Source of the DNA: Candidatus Eiseniibacteriota bacterium
GTDB lineage: Bacteria > Eisenbacteria > RBG-16-71-46 > DASYSL01
NCBI GenBank assembly: GCA_031413115.1
Contig: JANOEH010000047.1
Coordinates: 703 to 64,702 of the forward strand
Reading direction: 5' to 3'
Length of the DNA stretch: 64,000 nucleotides
A model generated the notes under the pieces. It did not search any database. It was not told the DNA's origin and saw only the letters and a list, made by a program, of their open reading frames with translations. Shown here piece after piece: positions 10,588-20,095 of the stretch (its first letter is position 1; every line of letters starts with the position of its first letter). The translations under genes and the position numbers were made by a program.

Positions 10588-11145
10588 ATGCGACTTTGCA
10601 GACTACTGTTCATCGTCTCGATCCTCGTACTGGTCGGAGCGGCCTCGGTCGCCCAGGCCCAGGACGAACGGTTCGGGATCGTCGTGCACGGGGGAACCAT
10701 GATTCCGGTTACCCAGGACGACAACGAGGAATCCGGCACGGCGTTCGGCCTTCGCTTCCCGATCAACACCGGGACGATCTTCGGTATCGAGCCGTACATC
10801 TACACGGGCAGCGGCAAGGAGATGACCGCCGACTTCGGGTTCGGCCCGGAGACGCGCGAGGGGATCGACCTGACCTCGTGGGGCGCCAACGTCTCGCTCG
10901 GACGGCTCGTCAAGCCGGGTTTCCACATCGCCCCGTTCGTCGGGATCGGCAACAACACGCTGCACCGGGAGTCGGGTGAAATCTCGAAGATCGGCTACAA
11001 CGGCGGTCTCGAGCTTGGTATCGCCCCCGGCAAGATGATGATCAACCTGCGTGGCGAGATGAACGTCGTCGACATCGGTGAGTCGTCGCGGAAGTGGGGC
11101 CTGATCTCGCTCGGCCTCGGCTACCGCGTCACTCCCAACTTCTAG
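10588..11145 (+). CDS. Small outer-membrane beta-barrel protein (OmpW/OmpA-like, 8-strand type)
   Basis: Signal peptide MRLCRLLFIVSILVLVGAASVAQAQ. Alternating hydrophobic strands. C-terminal ...GYRVTPNF. RBS gtggaggg before ATG 10588. Confidence 0.7.
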   Translation: MRLCRLLFIVSILVLVGAASVAQAQDERFGIVVHGGTMIPVTQDDNEESGTAFGLRFPINTGTIFGIEPYIYTGSGKEMTADFGFGPETREGIDLTSWGANVSLGRLVKPGFHIAPFVGIGNNTLHRESGEISKIGYNGGLELGIAPGKMMINLRGEMNVVDIGESSRKWGLISLGLGYRVTPNF

Positions 11146-11154
11146 GAGGCCGGA

Positions 11155-11733
11155 ATGAAAGCGCTTCGCTTTGCCGCGCTCTTGCTCCCGGTCGCACTTG
11201 CCGGGTGCATTCTCACGACGGGACAGTTCAACATCGACGTCGACCTCGACGATCCGATCACGATCGACAGCGACCAGAGCTACTACGCCGAAGTCGTGGA
11301 CATGAACACCAACGAGGACTACGTCAGCCACAAGGACGATCTCGTCGGGATCGCCGACATCGCCCTGCTCGGTACGGCGGTCAACACCGGGCCGGCGGAC
11401 ATCGACGTGGAGGTCTGGATTTCGCCGGATGCCAGCAAGTACAGTGATGCCGACGACGTGCGCGAGAACGCCTACAAGCTCTGGGGTCCGTTCGGTGTCG
11501 CTGCCGACTCGGAGCGGAAGGTCACCTGGGACGACTCGGCCGCCCTGTTCAATTCGACCGGCAAGTTCGTGCTCCTCGAGGAGCTCAAGGGCGACGGCGT
11601 GTTCACCATGTACGCGCTGCGCACGACGGAGATCCTGGACGCGAAGTCGGTCCCCGTCGCGAAGACCTCCGGTTTCTCCGAGCTCAGCCTGAACGAGGGC
11701 AAGCTCGTGATCACCATCGAGGGCAAGGACTAA
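11155..11733 (+). CDS. Lipoprotein of unknown function (lipobox LAGC)
   Basis: MKALRFAALLLPVALAGC lipoprotein signal. RBS aggagg. 9 nt after the outer-membrane protein stop. Confidence 0.7.
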   Translation: MKALRFAALLLPVALAGCILTTGQFNIDVDLDDPITIDSDQSYYAEVVDMNTNEDYVSHKDDLVGIADIALLGTAVNTGPADIDVEVWISPDASKYSDADDVRENAYKLWGPFGVAADSERKVTWDDSAALFNSTGKFVLLEELKGDGVFTMYALRTTEILDAKSVPVAKTSGFSELSLNEGKLVITIEGKD

Positions 11734-11766
11734 GCCTTCGTCGTCCACGACGCTGACGCAAAGCGA

Positions 11767-11805
11767 AACGCCGGACCAGAACATCGGTCCGGCGTTCTTG
11801 CTTGC
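11767..11805. terminator. Bidirectional rho-independent terminator between convergent genes
   Basis: AACGCCGGACC-agaacat-GGTCCGGCGTT 11-bp perfect stem followed by cttgcttgc. Lies between the lipoprotein stop (11733) and the kinase stop (11833). Confidence 0.6.
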
Positions 11806-11832
11806 GCTGGCACGGGCGGCGCTTCGCGCCGG

Positions 11833-14703
11833 TTATCGGAAGTCGCGCACCAGCACGACGTCGGTCGTGATCGTGCCGGCGCCGAAGGCGAGCGTCATCC
11901 CGCCGTCCACCCAGCGGATCTCGAAGATCTCCTGCCCCTCGAACTGCGTCAGCTGCCGTGCGCCCGACCCGTCGGCGTTCGCCATCCAGATGTTTTCCCC
12001 GGCCCCCACGCGCACGACGATCGCGAGCCGCGCTCCGTCGGGTGACCGCACGTAGTCCGTCAGGCGGCCAGATGCAAACCGGGTCACGGGTGCCGGCGTT
12101 CCGCCGCCAAAGGGCAGGCGCATCAGGTTGGCCGCCGGATCAGAGGTCGATAAGAAGTCGACCCCACGCTCGTCGGGGCTCAGCTGCGCGATCGTCGCGT
12201 CTCCCGGCAGCAGGATGCTGTCGCGCGCGGCGCTTCCATCGAGCGGTTGCAGGCGGAGCATGAAGCGCTGGAGCCCCCGCTCGTCCCGGGTCACACGGCT
12301 AACGAGAGCCTTTGTGCCGTCCTTCGTGTAGTCGGAGATGCCGGCCTCCGGGAGGACGAGTCCTTCCGTCATCGCCGGCATCGCGAGGAAGCGAAGGACA
12401 CGCAGCTCGGTGTAGCGCCCGAACCCGAGCCACCGCCCGTCCCGCGTCGCCCCGCGATGCTGCTCCCCGGAGCCCGTCGTCACCTGCGTCAGCTCGGTGC
12501 CGTCGGGCTTCACCGACCAGACGTGGATGCCATCGGCGCCCAGCCGATCGAAGATGACCCGCCCGCCGGCGGCGACCGGGTTGACCGCGAACGTGCGTCC
12601 GGACGTGAGCCTGCGCGGCTCGCCGCCCGCGACCGGGATCGACCACAGGGGGAGGCCCTCGTCGCGTGGTGCGTGGTACACCAGCGTCGCCGAGTCCGCG
12701 ACGGCCAGGCCCCCCGGCGAGTTCTCGGGGTTCGCGGCCCGCGTGAGTTGTCGCGGTGTACCTCCGGCGACGTCGACGGTCCACAGGTTCGAGAGTCGCG
12801 TCTGGCGGACGCTGGCGAGCGCCTCCTCGCCGCCGGCGGCGCCGATCGCGCGGTACGCCTGGAAGTCGTTCGTCACGCGCTGCACGGCCTTGCCGGGATA
12901 GCCGACGAGGAGCACCTGCGGCGTGCTCATGGTCATGTAGTCCTGGGCACAGATCGCGAATCCGCTGCCGTCGACGAGCCAGCTCAGGTCGAAGATCTGC
13001 GTCCGTGGCAGGCTCACGTGGTCGCGGCGCTTGCCCGTCACCGGATCGAACAGCGCGATCGTGGTCGTCAGGTCGCGCTCGGGCGAGAACAGCGCGGACG
13101 CGATCTGCTTGCCGTCGGGCGACCACGCGGGTGGGCTGGTGGGGAACTCGCCGAACTTCACCTCCGTGACGACCCGCTCCTTCGAGGCGTCGAGGTCGAA
13201 CTCGACCAGGCGGTTCCCGCCCTCCGCGCCCCTGCCGCGCCAGAACAACAGGCGCTTGCCGTCGGGGGCGAAGGTGGCGCGCGAGTCGACGTCGAACACG
13301 CGCTCCTGCGGCGTCCCGCCGAGCGAGGGCACCTGGTAGAGGGCCGAATAGCTCTGCACGTCGCGGCGTCGCTGGCGGAAGAACAGGTAGTTGCCGTCGG
13401 GCGAGAACGACGGCGTGTTGATCTGGTCGGGTGACGGTGGCACCACCTCGACGTCGCTGCCGGTGGCGACCTGCCGGACCCGCAGCGTGATCGCCCCCGC
13501 GGAGCCTGCGAGGTAGGCGAGGTAACGGCCGTCCGCGGAAAGCGCGCAGTCGCGCACGTCGCCCCGGCTCGTCACCGTGGTCATGCGCATGCTCGCGAAC
13601 GCCTCCGGCCGGGCGGTCTTGCCGCCGCGCGACAGCGCCCACCAGGCGCCGCCGGCCAGCGCGAGCACGACCAGCGCGCCGATGCCCAGGAGCACGGGCG
13701 ACGGTCCGCGCTGCTTCGCCGCGGCCAGTCCGACCGCCGAGGCGCCGGCCAGGCTGCCCGAGCTCGCCGAGGCGGACAGCGCGTCGTAGTCGTCGACGAT
13801 CTCGCGCAGCTCGAGCGCCAGGTCCTTCATCGACTGCAGGCGCTGCTCGGGGTTCTTCGCCAGGCAGCGGCGGATGAGGCGACGCAGTTCGGCCGGCACC
13901 TGCGGGTTGATCTCCTCGATCGGCGCCGGCTTCTCGTTGAGGATCCGGTGCATCGTCTCGATGCTGGTCTCGGCCGCGAAGGGGGCACGCCGCGTCGCGG
14001 CCTCGTACAGGATGCAGCCGAACGAGAAGATGTCCGCCCGGTGATCCACGGACTTGCCGGCCACCTGCTCGGGCGCCATGTAGCCGACGGTGCCGACGAT
14101 CACGCCGATGCCGGTCGCGTCCTGCGTCAGCGCCGGACCGCCCGTGGCGCTCGCGTCGGCCGCGCCCGCGCTCCTCTCGGTGAGCTTGGCGAGGCCGAAG
14201 TCGAGCACCTTGGCGAAGCCGTCGTTGGTGACCATGATGTTGCCCGGCTTGAGGTCGCGGTGAACGATCCCCACGCCGTGCGCCTTGGCCAGCCCGTCGG
14301 CGGCCTGGGCCAGCCAGCCGAGCAGCGTGCGCAGGTCGGTGCGATCCTCGTGGATCAGGTTCGACAGCGTCTTGCCGTTGACCAGTTCCATCGAGATGTA
14401 GTGCACGCTCGACGACGGCTCGAGGCCCGGCGAGCGCACCGCGTCTTCCCCGATCTCGTAGATGGTGACGATGTTCGGGTGGCTGAGCGACGAGGCCGAC
14501 TTCGCCTCGAGCCTGAAGCGGCGCACGCGATCCTCGCTGCGCACCAGGTCGGGCGGCAGGATCTTGAGCGCGACGTTCCGCTCCAGGGAGCGATCCTGCG
14601 CCAGGTACACCTCGCCCATGCCGCCGGCGCCGAGTGGGCCGACGATGCGGTAGTGCGAGAGTTCGTCCTCGGAGCGCAGTGTTCTTCCACCCTCGTGCGC
14701 CAT
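11833..14703 (-). CDS. Ser/Thr protein kinase with TM segment and C-terminal TolB-like/WD40-like beta-propeller repeats
   Basis: GAGGMGEVYLAQD, HRDLKPGNIM and DFGLAK kinase motifs. Hydrophobic helix (LLGIGALVVLALAGGAWWAL). Repeated SPDG../FAPDGKRL propeller blades. RBS aggagg before ATG 14703. Confidence 0.9.
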   Translation of the reverse strand: MAHEGGRTLRSEDELSHYRIVGPLGAGGMGEVYLAQDRSLERNVALKILPPDLVRSEDRVRRFRLEAKSASSLSHPNIVTIYEIGEDAVRSPGLEPSSSVHYISMELVNGKTLSNLIHEDRTDLRTLLGWLAQAADGLAKAHGVGIVHRDLKPGNIMVTNDGFAKVLDFGLAKLTERSAGAADASATGGPALTQDATGIGVIVGTVGYMAPEQVAGKSVDHRADIFSFGCILYEAATRRAPFAAETSIETMHRILNEKPAPIEEINPQVPAELRRLIRRCLAKNPEQRLQSMKDLALELREIVDDYDALSASASSGSLAGASAVGLAAAKQRGPSPVLLGIGALVVLALAGGAWWALSRGGKTARPEAFASMRMTTVTSRGDVRDCALSADGRYLAYLAGSAGAITLRVRQVATGSDVEVVPPSPDQINTPSFSPDGNYLFFRQRRRDVQSYSALYQVPSLGGTPQERVFDVDSRATFAPDGKRLLFWRGRGAEGGNRLVEFDLDASKERVVTEVKFGEFPTSPPAWSPDGKQIASALFSPERDLTTTIALFDPVTGKRRDHVSLPRTQIFDLSWLVDGSGFAICAQDYMTMSTPQVLLVGYPGKAVQRVTNDFQAYRAIGAAGGEEALASVRQTRLSNLWTVDVAGGTPRQLTRAANPENSPGGLAVADSATLVYHAPRDEGLPLWSIPVAGGEPRRLTSGRTFAVNPVAAGGRVIFDRLGADGIHVWSVKPDGTELTQVTTGSGEQHRGATRDGRWLGFGRYTELRVLRFLAMPAMTEGLVLPEAGISDYTKDGTKALVSRVTRDERGLQRFMLRLQPLDGSAARDSILLPGDATIAQLSPDERGVDFLSTSDPAANLMRLPFGGGTPAPVTRFASGRLTDYVRSPDGARLAIVVRVGAGENIWMANADGSGARQLTQFEGQEIFEIRWVDGGMTLAFGAGTITTDVVLVRDFR

Positions 14704-14712
14704 GATGTCCTC

Positions 14713-16002
14713 CTAGAAGCCGTTGAGCGGCGAGAGAAAACACTGCGGTCCGGCGAACGCGCGATCGAGCAGCGCCGCGACCCGCGGACTGCCGGTGGCG
14801 AATCCCTGCTCGAGGAGCACGCGCGCGGACACGCCGCCCAGGTACACCTGGGCCAGCCGATCCACGGGCATGGCGATGCGGTCGCGCGCCGAGCGCCCCG
14901 CGACCGCCCTCGCGCCGCGCGTGCCGAACGTCACGTCGAGGCCGCACGCATTGGCGGCCACGACCGGGTCGGCGAGATCGAGCCCGATGCGCCCGCGGAC
15001 CTCGTTGCGCGCCGGCGCCGGGTGGAGCGCGAGCGCGGCCGGCACGTCGACCAGGCGAAGCAGCACCCCGGAGGCGACGTGCCCGGTGGTCTCGAGCAGG
15101 CGGATGGGATCGGCGTGGCCGAGCACGCCGAGCTCGCGCAGGAGCGACACGCCTTCGCCGCGCGGCATGGGCAACAGCATCCAGCGGAATTGGTCGGCGA
15201 GCGCTTCGAGGTAGCCGACGAGTCCGCGGAATGCCGCAGGATCGAGCGCCACCAGCTCGCGCACGTACAGTTGCTGGCGCGGGTACGACGGCTCGGCGGG
15301 GACTTCGTACAGCAGGTAGCCGCGCGGTCGCTTCGTCTTCGGGTCGATGTAGACCGCGCCGTCGCTGGTGCGCTCCCAGACGCGCCGCTCCCACCAGCCC
15401 GGGTGGCGCATGAACGGGCCGACGCGCCCCTTCCGCCAGCGCTCGTACAGCTCCGGCAGGAGCGCCGCGTCCTTCGCCCGATCGAGTGCGCGCGCGTTGC
15501 GCCGCAATGGGGAGGCGGGCAACTGCTCGGGCGCGATACGCAGGTCGTCCACCCACTCGACGGTGCCGTAGCCCATCTTGCGGTAGAACGAGTTGCGGAA
15601 CGCATAGAGCATCGACAGCGCCTCGCCGCGGCGGCGCATCTGGCGGTGGAGGCCGACCATCAGCGCCTCGGCCACGCCGCGGCGGCGGAACGCGGGAAGC
15701 ACCGCCACCGCGGCGATGCCGCGCACCGGCACGTCGACGCCGCCCAGGCTCATGGTGAAACGGTAGCCCGATGCGTGGCCGGCGATCTTCCCGTCGATGC
15801 GGGCGACCAGCGTGTCGTCGGCATCGAGCAGGGGATTGTTCTCGAGGGCGAACACGCGCTGGCGCCACGCAGTCGCGTCGAGCGCGCGGAACGACTGGAA
15901 GCCCGTCTGAGCGAGCGTGTCGGCCTCGTCCTTGCGCATCGGCCGCACGTCGATGTCGGCGTTCTGCAGGAAGCCGCGGGCGGCGCGGTGGGAGCGATCC
16001 AT
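14713..16002 (-). CDS. Eis-like GNAT acetyltransferase (GNAT + sterol-carrier-like C-terminal domain)
   Basis: GNAT core RRRGVAEALMVGLHRQMRRRG. About 430 aa, consistent with the Eis family. ATG at 16002 overlaps the upstream lipoprotein stop (ATGA). The 175-aa Arg-rich N-terminal extension of the track ORF is rejected. Confidence 0.75.
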   Translation of the reverse strand: MDRSHRAARGFLQNADIDVRPMRKDEADTLAQTGFQSFRALDATAWRQRVFALENNPLLDADDTLVARIDGKIAGHASGYRFTMSLGGVDVPVRGIAAVAVLPAFRRRGVAEALMVGLHRQMRRRGEALSMLYAFRNSFYRKMGYGTVEWVDDLRIAPEQLPASPLRRNARALDRAKDAALLPELYERWRKGRVGPFMRHPGWWERRVWERTSDGAVYIDPKTKRPRGYLLYEVPAEPSYPRQQLYVRELVALDPAAFRGLVGYLEALADQFRWMLLPMPRGEGVSLLRELGVLGHADPIRLLETTGHVASGVLLRLVDVPAALALHPAPARNEVRGRIGLDLADPVVAANACGLDVTFGTRGARAVAGRSARDRIAMPVDRLAQVYLGGVSARVLLEQGFATGSPRVAALLDRAFAGPQCFLSPLNGF

Positions 16003-16589
16003 CACAGGGGGGCCTCCAGGGTGGTCTCGTGGACGATACGGCCATCGGGAGCGGCCTGCGTGCCCGAGCCCTCGAAGCGCCGGCCCGAATCGGCGGCGCG
16101 CAGGACCTCGGGCGCTTGGTCGGTTTCGCCGAACGGTGTCGTCAGACGAATCACGTACATTCCCTGCGGAACCGGGCCGGCCAGCGGCACGAGTGGTCCG
16201 CTCATGAATTGCCCCAGCTCGACCGTCGCGCGCGAGGTGGTCATTGCCTCGAGCCCGCGAGGACCGTCGCGCAGCAGGCTCACCGTGATGCGGGTGCCGT
16301 CCGGAAAACGCGTCGAGCCGCCGACGACCAGAGCGCCGTCGGTGGCGCGCACCATGCGCAGCTCGTCGTAGGGTCCCGCCGTGTAGATGGCGACGAACGC
16401 CGCCCCGTCGCGGCTCGTGTCGGGCTTCACCGTCGGCGACGGGGCGGCGACCTCGGGCGGCGAGGGCGAATCGTCGCGCGCGGGCGGACGCTCGCCGCAG
16501 CCAGCGGCCGCGAAGGCGACGGCGCATGCGAGGAGAGCGCAGGCGGCGGCGGACCTGCGACGGTACGTACGGCGGAAGGTGGGCGACAT
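16002..16589 (-). CDS. Lipoprotein of unknown function (lipobox AAGC), first gene of the lipoprotein-GNAT-kinase operon
   Basis: MSPTFRRTYRRRSAAACALLACAVAFAAAGC lipoprotein signal. Confidence 0.6.
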   Translation of the reverse strand: MSPTFRRTYRRRSAAACALLACAVAFAAAGCGERPPARDDSPSPPEVAAPSPTVKPDTSRDGAAFVAIYTAGPYDELRMVRATDGALVVGGSTRFPDGTRITVSLLRDGPRGLEAMTTSRATVELGQFMSGPLVPLAGPVPQGMYVIRLTTPFGETDQAPEVLRAADSGRRFEGSGTQAAPDGRIVHETTLEAPL

Positions 16590-16663
16590 GGGCCGGGACT
16601 CTAGCAGACGGCGCGCCCGGTCCCTATAGCCCGCACCCGTCCGGGTCCCTATACTCCGGTCCC

Positions 16664-17494
16664 ATGGCCACTTTCTCGAACTCGCGATTGAATGCCTACG
16701 AGAACTGCCCGCTCCAGTACCGCATGCGCTATGTCGACAAGGTGGAGGTTCCGCGCCGCGAGAGCATCGAGGCGTTCCTCGGCAAGCGCGTGCACGAGGC
16801 GCTCGAGTTTCTCTACAAGAGCATCGGGCAGGCCTACCGGCCCACGCTGTCCGAGGTGATCGCCCACTTTCGGGAGGCGTGGGACCGCGAGTGGACCGAC
16901 GCGATCCACATCGTGCGCAGCGGCGAGACCGTCGCGGGGTACAAGGCGATCGCCGAGCGATGCATCACGCTCTACTACCGGCGACACGAGCCGTTCGAGC
17001 GCGGGCGCACCATCGACGTCGAGATGCTGGTCAGCTATCCGCTCGACCTTGAGCGCGACCTCCACTTGCAGGGCTACATCGACCGTCTCGTCGACCTGGG
17101 CGGGGGCAACTACGAGATTCACGACTACAAGACCGGGCGTCGCCTGCCCAGCCAGGCCGACGTCGATCGCGACCGCCAGCTCGCGCTGTACCAGATGGGC
17201 GTGACGCAGCGCTTTCCCGACGTGCGCTCGGTCAAGCTCGTCTGGCACTACCTGGCGCACGACAAGAAACTCGAGTCCGAGCGCACGCCCGAGAAGCTGC
17301 GGGCGCTGCGCGAGGAAGTGATCTCGCTGATCGAGACGATCGAGCGCGCGACCGCTGCCGGAAACCTGCCACCGAAGGTCACGCCGCTGTGTTCCTGGTG
17401 CGAGTACAAGCCGGTGTGCCCGGCGTGGAATCCCGGCGCGCACGCGGCATTGAAGGCGGGGAACGGGTTCAGCGACGCAGACGGCGGTCGATGA
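16664..17494 (+). CDS. PD-(D/E)XK nuclease-superfamily protein (RecB/Cas4-like) with C-terminal Cys cluster
   Basis: ENCPLQYRMRY..., DYKTG and C-terminal CSWCEYKPVCP pattern typical of Cas4/AddB-type nuclease domains. ATG at 16664; upstream ORF part is Arg/Gly junk. Confidence 0.75.
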   Translation: MATFSNSRLNAYENCPLQYRMRYVDKVEVPRRESIEAFLGKRVHEALEFLYKSIGQAYRPTLSEVIAHFREAWDREWTDAIHIVRSGETVAGYKAIAERCITLYYRRHEPFERGRTIDVEMLVSYPLDLERDLHLQGYIDRLVDLGGGNYEIHDYKTGRRLPSQADVDRDRQLALYQMGVTQRFPDVRSVKLVWHYLAHDKKLESERTPEKLRALREEVISLIETIERATAAGNLPPKVTPLCSWCEYKPVCPAWNPGAHAALKAGNGFSDADGGR

Positions 17495-18503
17495 ACTCGA
17501 GGGTCTCGAGCGCCAGGACGAGGCCCATGGCGAGCAGGAAGAGCACCAGCAGCACGGCCTGGCGCGGCAGCACCGAGATCACGTAGGCCGTGATCCCCAG
17601 GTAGGCGCAAACGTAGTAGAGCAGCACGACCGATTGCTTGTGCGACAGCCCGAGGCGCAGCAGGCGATGGTGCAGGTGGTCCTGGTCGGCCTTGAAGATG
17701 TGCCCGCCGCGGCCCAGGCGGCGCAGGAAGGCCATCGTCGAATCGAGCAGCGGCAGTCCCATCGCCACGATCGGCAGGAGCAGCGTGATCGCCGCGGTGC
17801 CCTTGTCGTTCTCGAGCAGCGCGAGCGCGGCCATCATGACGCCGAGGAACTGGCTCCCGGTGTCGCCCAGGAACACCCTTGCCGGCGGGAAGTTCGAGCG
17901 CAGGAAGCCCAGTGTCGCGCCGCCGAGGATGGCGCCGATCCACACGACCGACGATCCCGGGTCGCCGAACGCGACGGCGCACAACGTCGCCACGGAGATG
18001 GTGACTACGCCGGCGGCAAGGCCATCGAGGCCGTCGATCAGGTTGATCGCGTTGGCGATCGCCAGCGTCCATACGATGTCGACGGCCAGGCCCCAGCCTT
18101 GCAGGTCGAGCGATCCGCCCGTGAACGGGTTCGACAGCTTGTCGACGCCGAAGCCGAATGCGTGCAGCGTCCACCCGCAAGCCGCCTGCACGATCAGCTT
18201 GGCCCATGCCGGCAGCCGCCAGCGATCGTCCGCCCAGCCCAGCGCCAGCGCCATCGCGCCGACCAGCGTGAGCCCGAGCACGACCTGCGGCGTTGGCGCG
18301 CCGGGCAGCAGCGTGGAGGCCCACAGCACCGCGAAGAACGCGGCGGCGACCGCGAACCCGCCGCCGGTCGGCATCGCAGCGACGTGCACCTTGCGCTCAC
18401 CCGGGTGATCGACGAAGCCCAGGCGCCGCGCCACGGTGATCCACAGGGGCGTGAGCAGGAGCGCGAGCCCGCTCGCGGCAAGGGCGAGCAGCAGCGGGAT
18501 CAC
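17469..18503 (-). CDS. GT4-family polyprenyl-phosphate sugar-1-phosphate transferase (WecA/MraY-like)
   Basis: Multi-TM. NAINLIDGLDGLAAG and FLGDTGSQFLG MraY/WecA motifs. GTG start 18503 overlaps the upstream GT2 stop (GTGA). Confidence 0.85.
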   Translation of the reverse strand: MIPLLLALAASGLALLLTPLWITVARRLGFVDHPGERKVHVAAMPTGGGFAVAAAFFAVLWASTLLPGAPTPQVVLGLTLVGAMALALGWADDRWRLPAWAKLIVQAACGWTLHAFGFGVDKLSNPFTGGSLDLQGWGLAVDIVWTLAIANAINLIDGLDGLAAGVVTISVATLCAVAFGDPGSSVVWIGAILGGATLGFLRSNFPPARVFLGDTGSQFLGVMMAALALLENDKGTAAITLLLPIVAMGLPLLDSTMAFLRRLGRGGHIFKADQDHLHHRLLRLGLSHKQSVVLLYYVCAYLGITAYVISVLPRQAVLLVLFLLAMGLVLALETLEFIDRRLRR

Positions 18504-19381
18504 GCGCGCCCCTTGAGCAGTTGGAGCACGATCTGCAGGAGCGCACGGGCGACGATGCCGGCGTCGGTGAGCAGCGTCCACGGCCACGGACCGGGGTGAT
18601 ACTTGCGGAAGTAGTGGCGCATGCCCATGTGCCGGCGCCAGATCAACCACGCGGGGATGGCGCCCTTCGAGGCGCCGATCGCGTGCGTGCACACGGCGGC
18701 CGGCAGGTAGAGGACCTGGTACCCCGCGAAATGCATGCGGCGGCACCAGTCGACATCTTCGTTGAATAGGAAGAACGCCTCGTCCATGGGCCCGACCCGG
18801 TCGACCACGTCGCGACGCGTGACCAGGCAAGCCCCCGAGATCCAGTCCACCGCGCGTGTCGAGGCGTGATCGAAGTCGAGCATGAGGTAGGCGCGGCTCC
18901 AGGGGTTCGCGGGCCAGAGGCGGGTGAGCAGCGAGTAGCGGTTGAACAATCCCGTCCAGTGTGTCGGGAAGCGGCGGCAGGAGAGCTGCACGCTGCCATC
19001 GGGATCGAGGATCTTCGGCCCGACCGCCCCGGTCGAGGAGTCGGTGTCGAGCCGGGCGACCAGCTTCGCGAACGCCCCGGCTGCCACCTCGGTGTCGGGG
19101 TTGAGCAGGGCCAGGCAGCGGCCCCGTGCCTCGGCCAGGCCGCGGTTGATGCCCCGGGCAAAGCCGACGTTCTCCGCATTGGCGAAGACCCGGACCCCCG
19201 GATGCGTGGCCCGGATCTCTTCGGCCATGCCGTCCCCGGAGGCATTGTCGACCACCAGGATCTCGGAGGTGAGCCCGGACAGGGCGGGGGGGAGGGAGGC
19301 GAGACAGGCTCGGATCGCATCGGGCGCCCGGTAATAGACCAGAATCACGCTGAGATCCGTGGCTCCCCCCTTGAAATCCAA
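18500..19381 (-). CDS. Family-2 glycosyltransferase. Start TTG 19381 or, more likely, GTG 19348 (VILVYY...) with RBS aagggggga.
   Basis: VILVYYRAP...VVDNASGDG...ALLNPD...FFLFNEDVDWCRR, GT2 (GT-A fold) DxD-type motifs. Confidence 0.85.
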   Translation of the reverse strand: MDFKGGATDLSVILVYYRAPDAIRACLASLPPALSGLTSEILVVDNASGDGMAEEIRATHPGVRVFANAENVGFARGINRGLAEARGRCLALLNPDTEVAAGAFAKLVARLDTDSSTGAVGPKILDPDGSVQLSCRRFPTHWTGLFNRYSLLTRLWPANPWSRAYLMLDFDHASTRAVDWISGACLVTRRDVVDRVGPMDEAFFLFNEDVDWCRRMHFAGYQVLYLPAAVCTHAIGASKGAIPAWLIWRRHMGMRHYFRKYHPGPWPWTLLTDAGIVARALLQIVLQLLKGRA

Positions 19382-19502
19382 CGACTTTTGCCCGCAACCG
19401 GCCGAACGAGCCCGACGAGCATACCACAGGACGGGGGATCTCCCGGCCGAAGGCTTCCGGCTAACTGTTTGTCAGGAATGAATCTAACTGGACCCCGCCG
19501 GC

Positions 19503-19531
19503 TTGACGACCCCGCTCGGTCCCCGTATCCT
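19503..19531 (+). promoter_or_regulatory. Candidate sigma-70 promoter upstream of erpA
   Basis: TTGACG - 17 nt - TATCCT, about 105 nt upstream of ATG 19637. Confidence 0.35.
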
Positions 19532-19636
19532 TTCCCTGTCGCCACACCCCGCCCGCGCGCCCGGCGCTTCGTGCGTCGCCCGGCCGTCGGGGGGATCACG
19601 CGAGCCCGCGGGTTCGCAGAATGAAGGAGAAGCTCG

Positions 19637-19957
19637 ATGGTCATGCTCACCCCGACCGCCGCGGTCAAACTGAAGGACATCCTCGTGGCCGAGGGCGCCG
19701 TCGACAAGGGCCTGCGCATTCGCGTCGTGCCCGGCGGCTGCTCGGGCTACTCGTACGACATGGTGTTCGACGATGCCGCCGAAGGCGACAACGTGTTCGA
19801 GCACGAGGGCGTGAAGCTGCTGGTCGACGCTGACAGCCTGCCGCTGCTCAACGGCGCCGAGATCGACTTCGAGGAACAGCTCGGGAGCGAGGGATTCAAG
19901 ATCAAGAATCCGAATGCCAGCAGCGGCTGCGGCTGCGGCAAGTCGTTCCAGAGCTAG
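19637..19957 (+). CDS. erpA: A-type iron-sulfur cluster carrier/insertion protein (ErpA/IscA/HesB family)
   Basis: GGCSGYSY...C-terminal CGCGKSF triad Cys pattern. RBS gaaggag. Confidence 0.9.
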   Translation: MVMLTPTAAVKLKDILVAEGAVDKGLRIRVVPGGCSGYSYDMVFDDAAEGDNVFEHEGVKLLVDADSLPLLNGAEIDFEEQLGSEGFKIKNPNASSGCGCGKSFQS

Positions 19958-20095
19958 GCGCCGCCTGAACCGGGTTCCGCGCCGCCCCGTGGGGCAACCG
20001 GCAGCGTTTTCATTTCCGTTCCGAATCACGCACCGGCCCGCCACCTGGGCGGGCTGTTGCGTTTCGGCCCATCGGCCCTCCGCAACCGGATCCCC

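Noticed and set aside
12299-16045. 1248-aa minus ORF plus plus-strand ORFs 12247..13434 and 13948..16371
   Set aside because: Extreme Arg/Gly/Pro bias; frames alternate or are antisense to the kinase and Eis-like genes, which have clear motifs.
16003-16527. 175-aa N-terminal extension of ORF 14713..16527
   Set aside because: Arg-rich junk overlapping the upstream lipoprotein gene. The ATG at 16002 gives a GNAT of normal Eis length and overlaps the lipoprotein stop.
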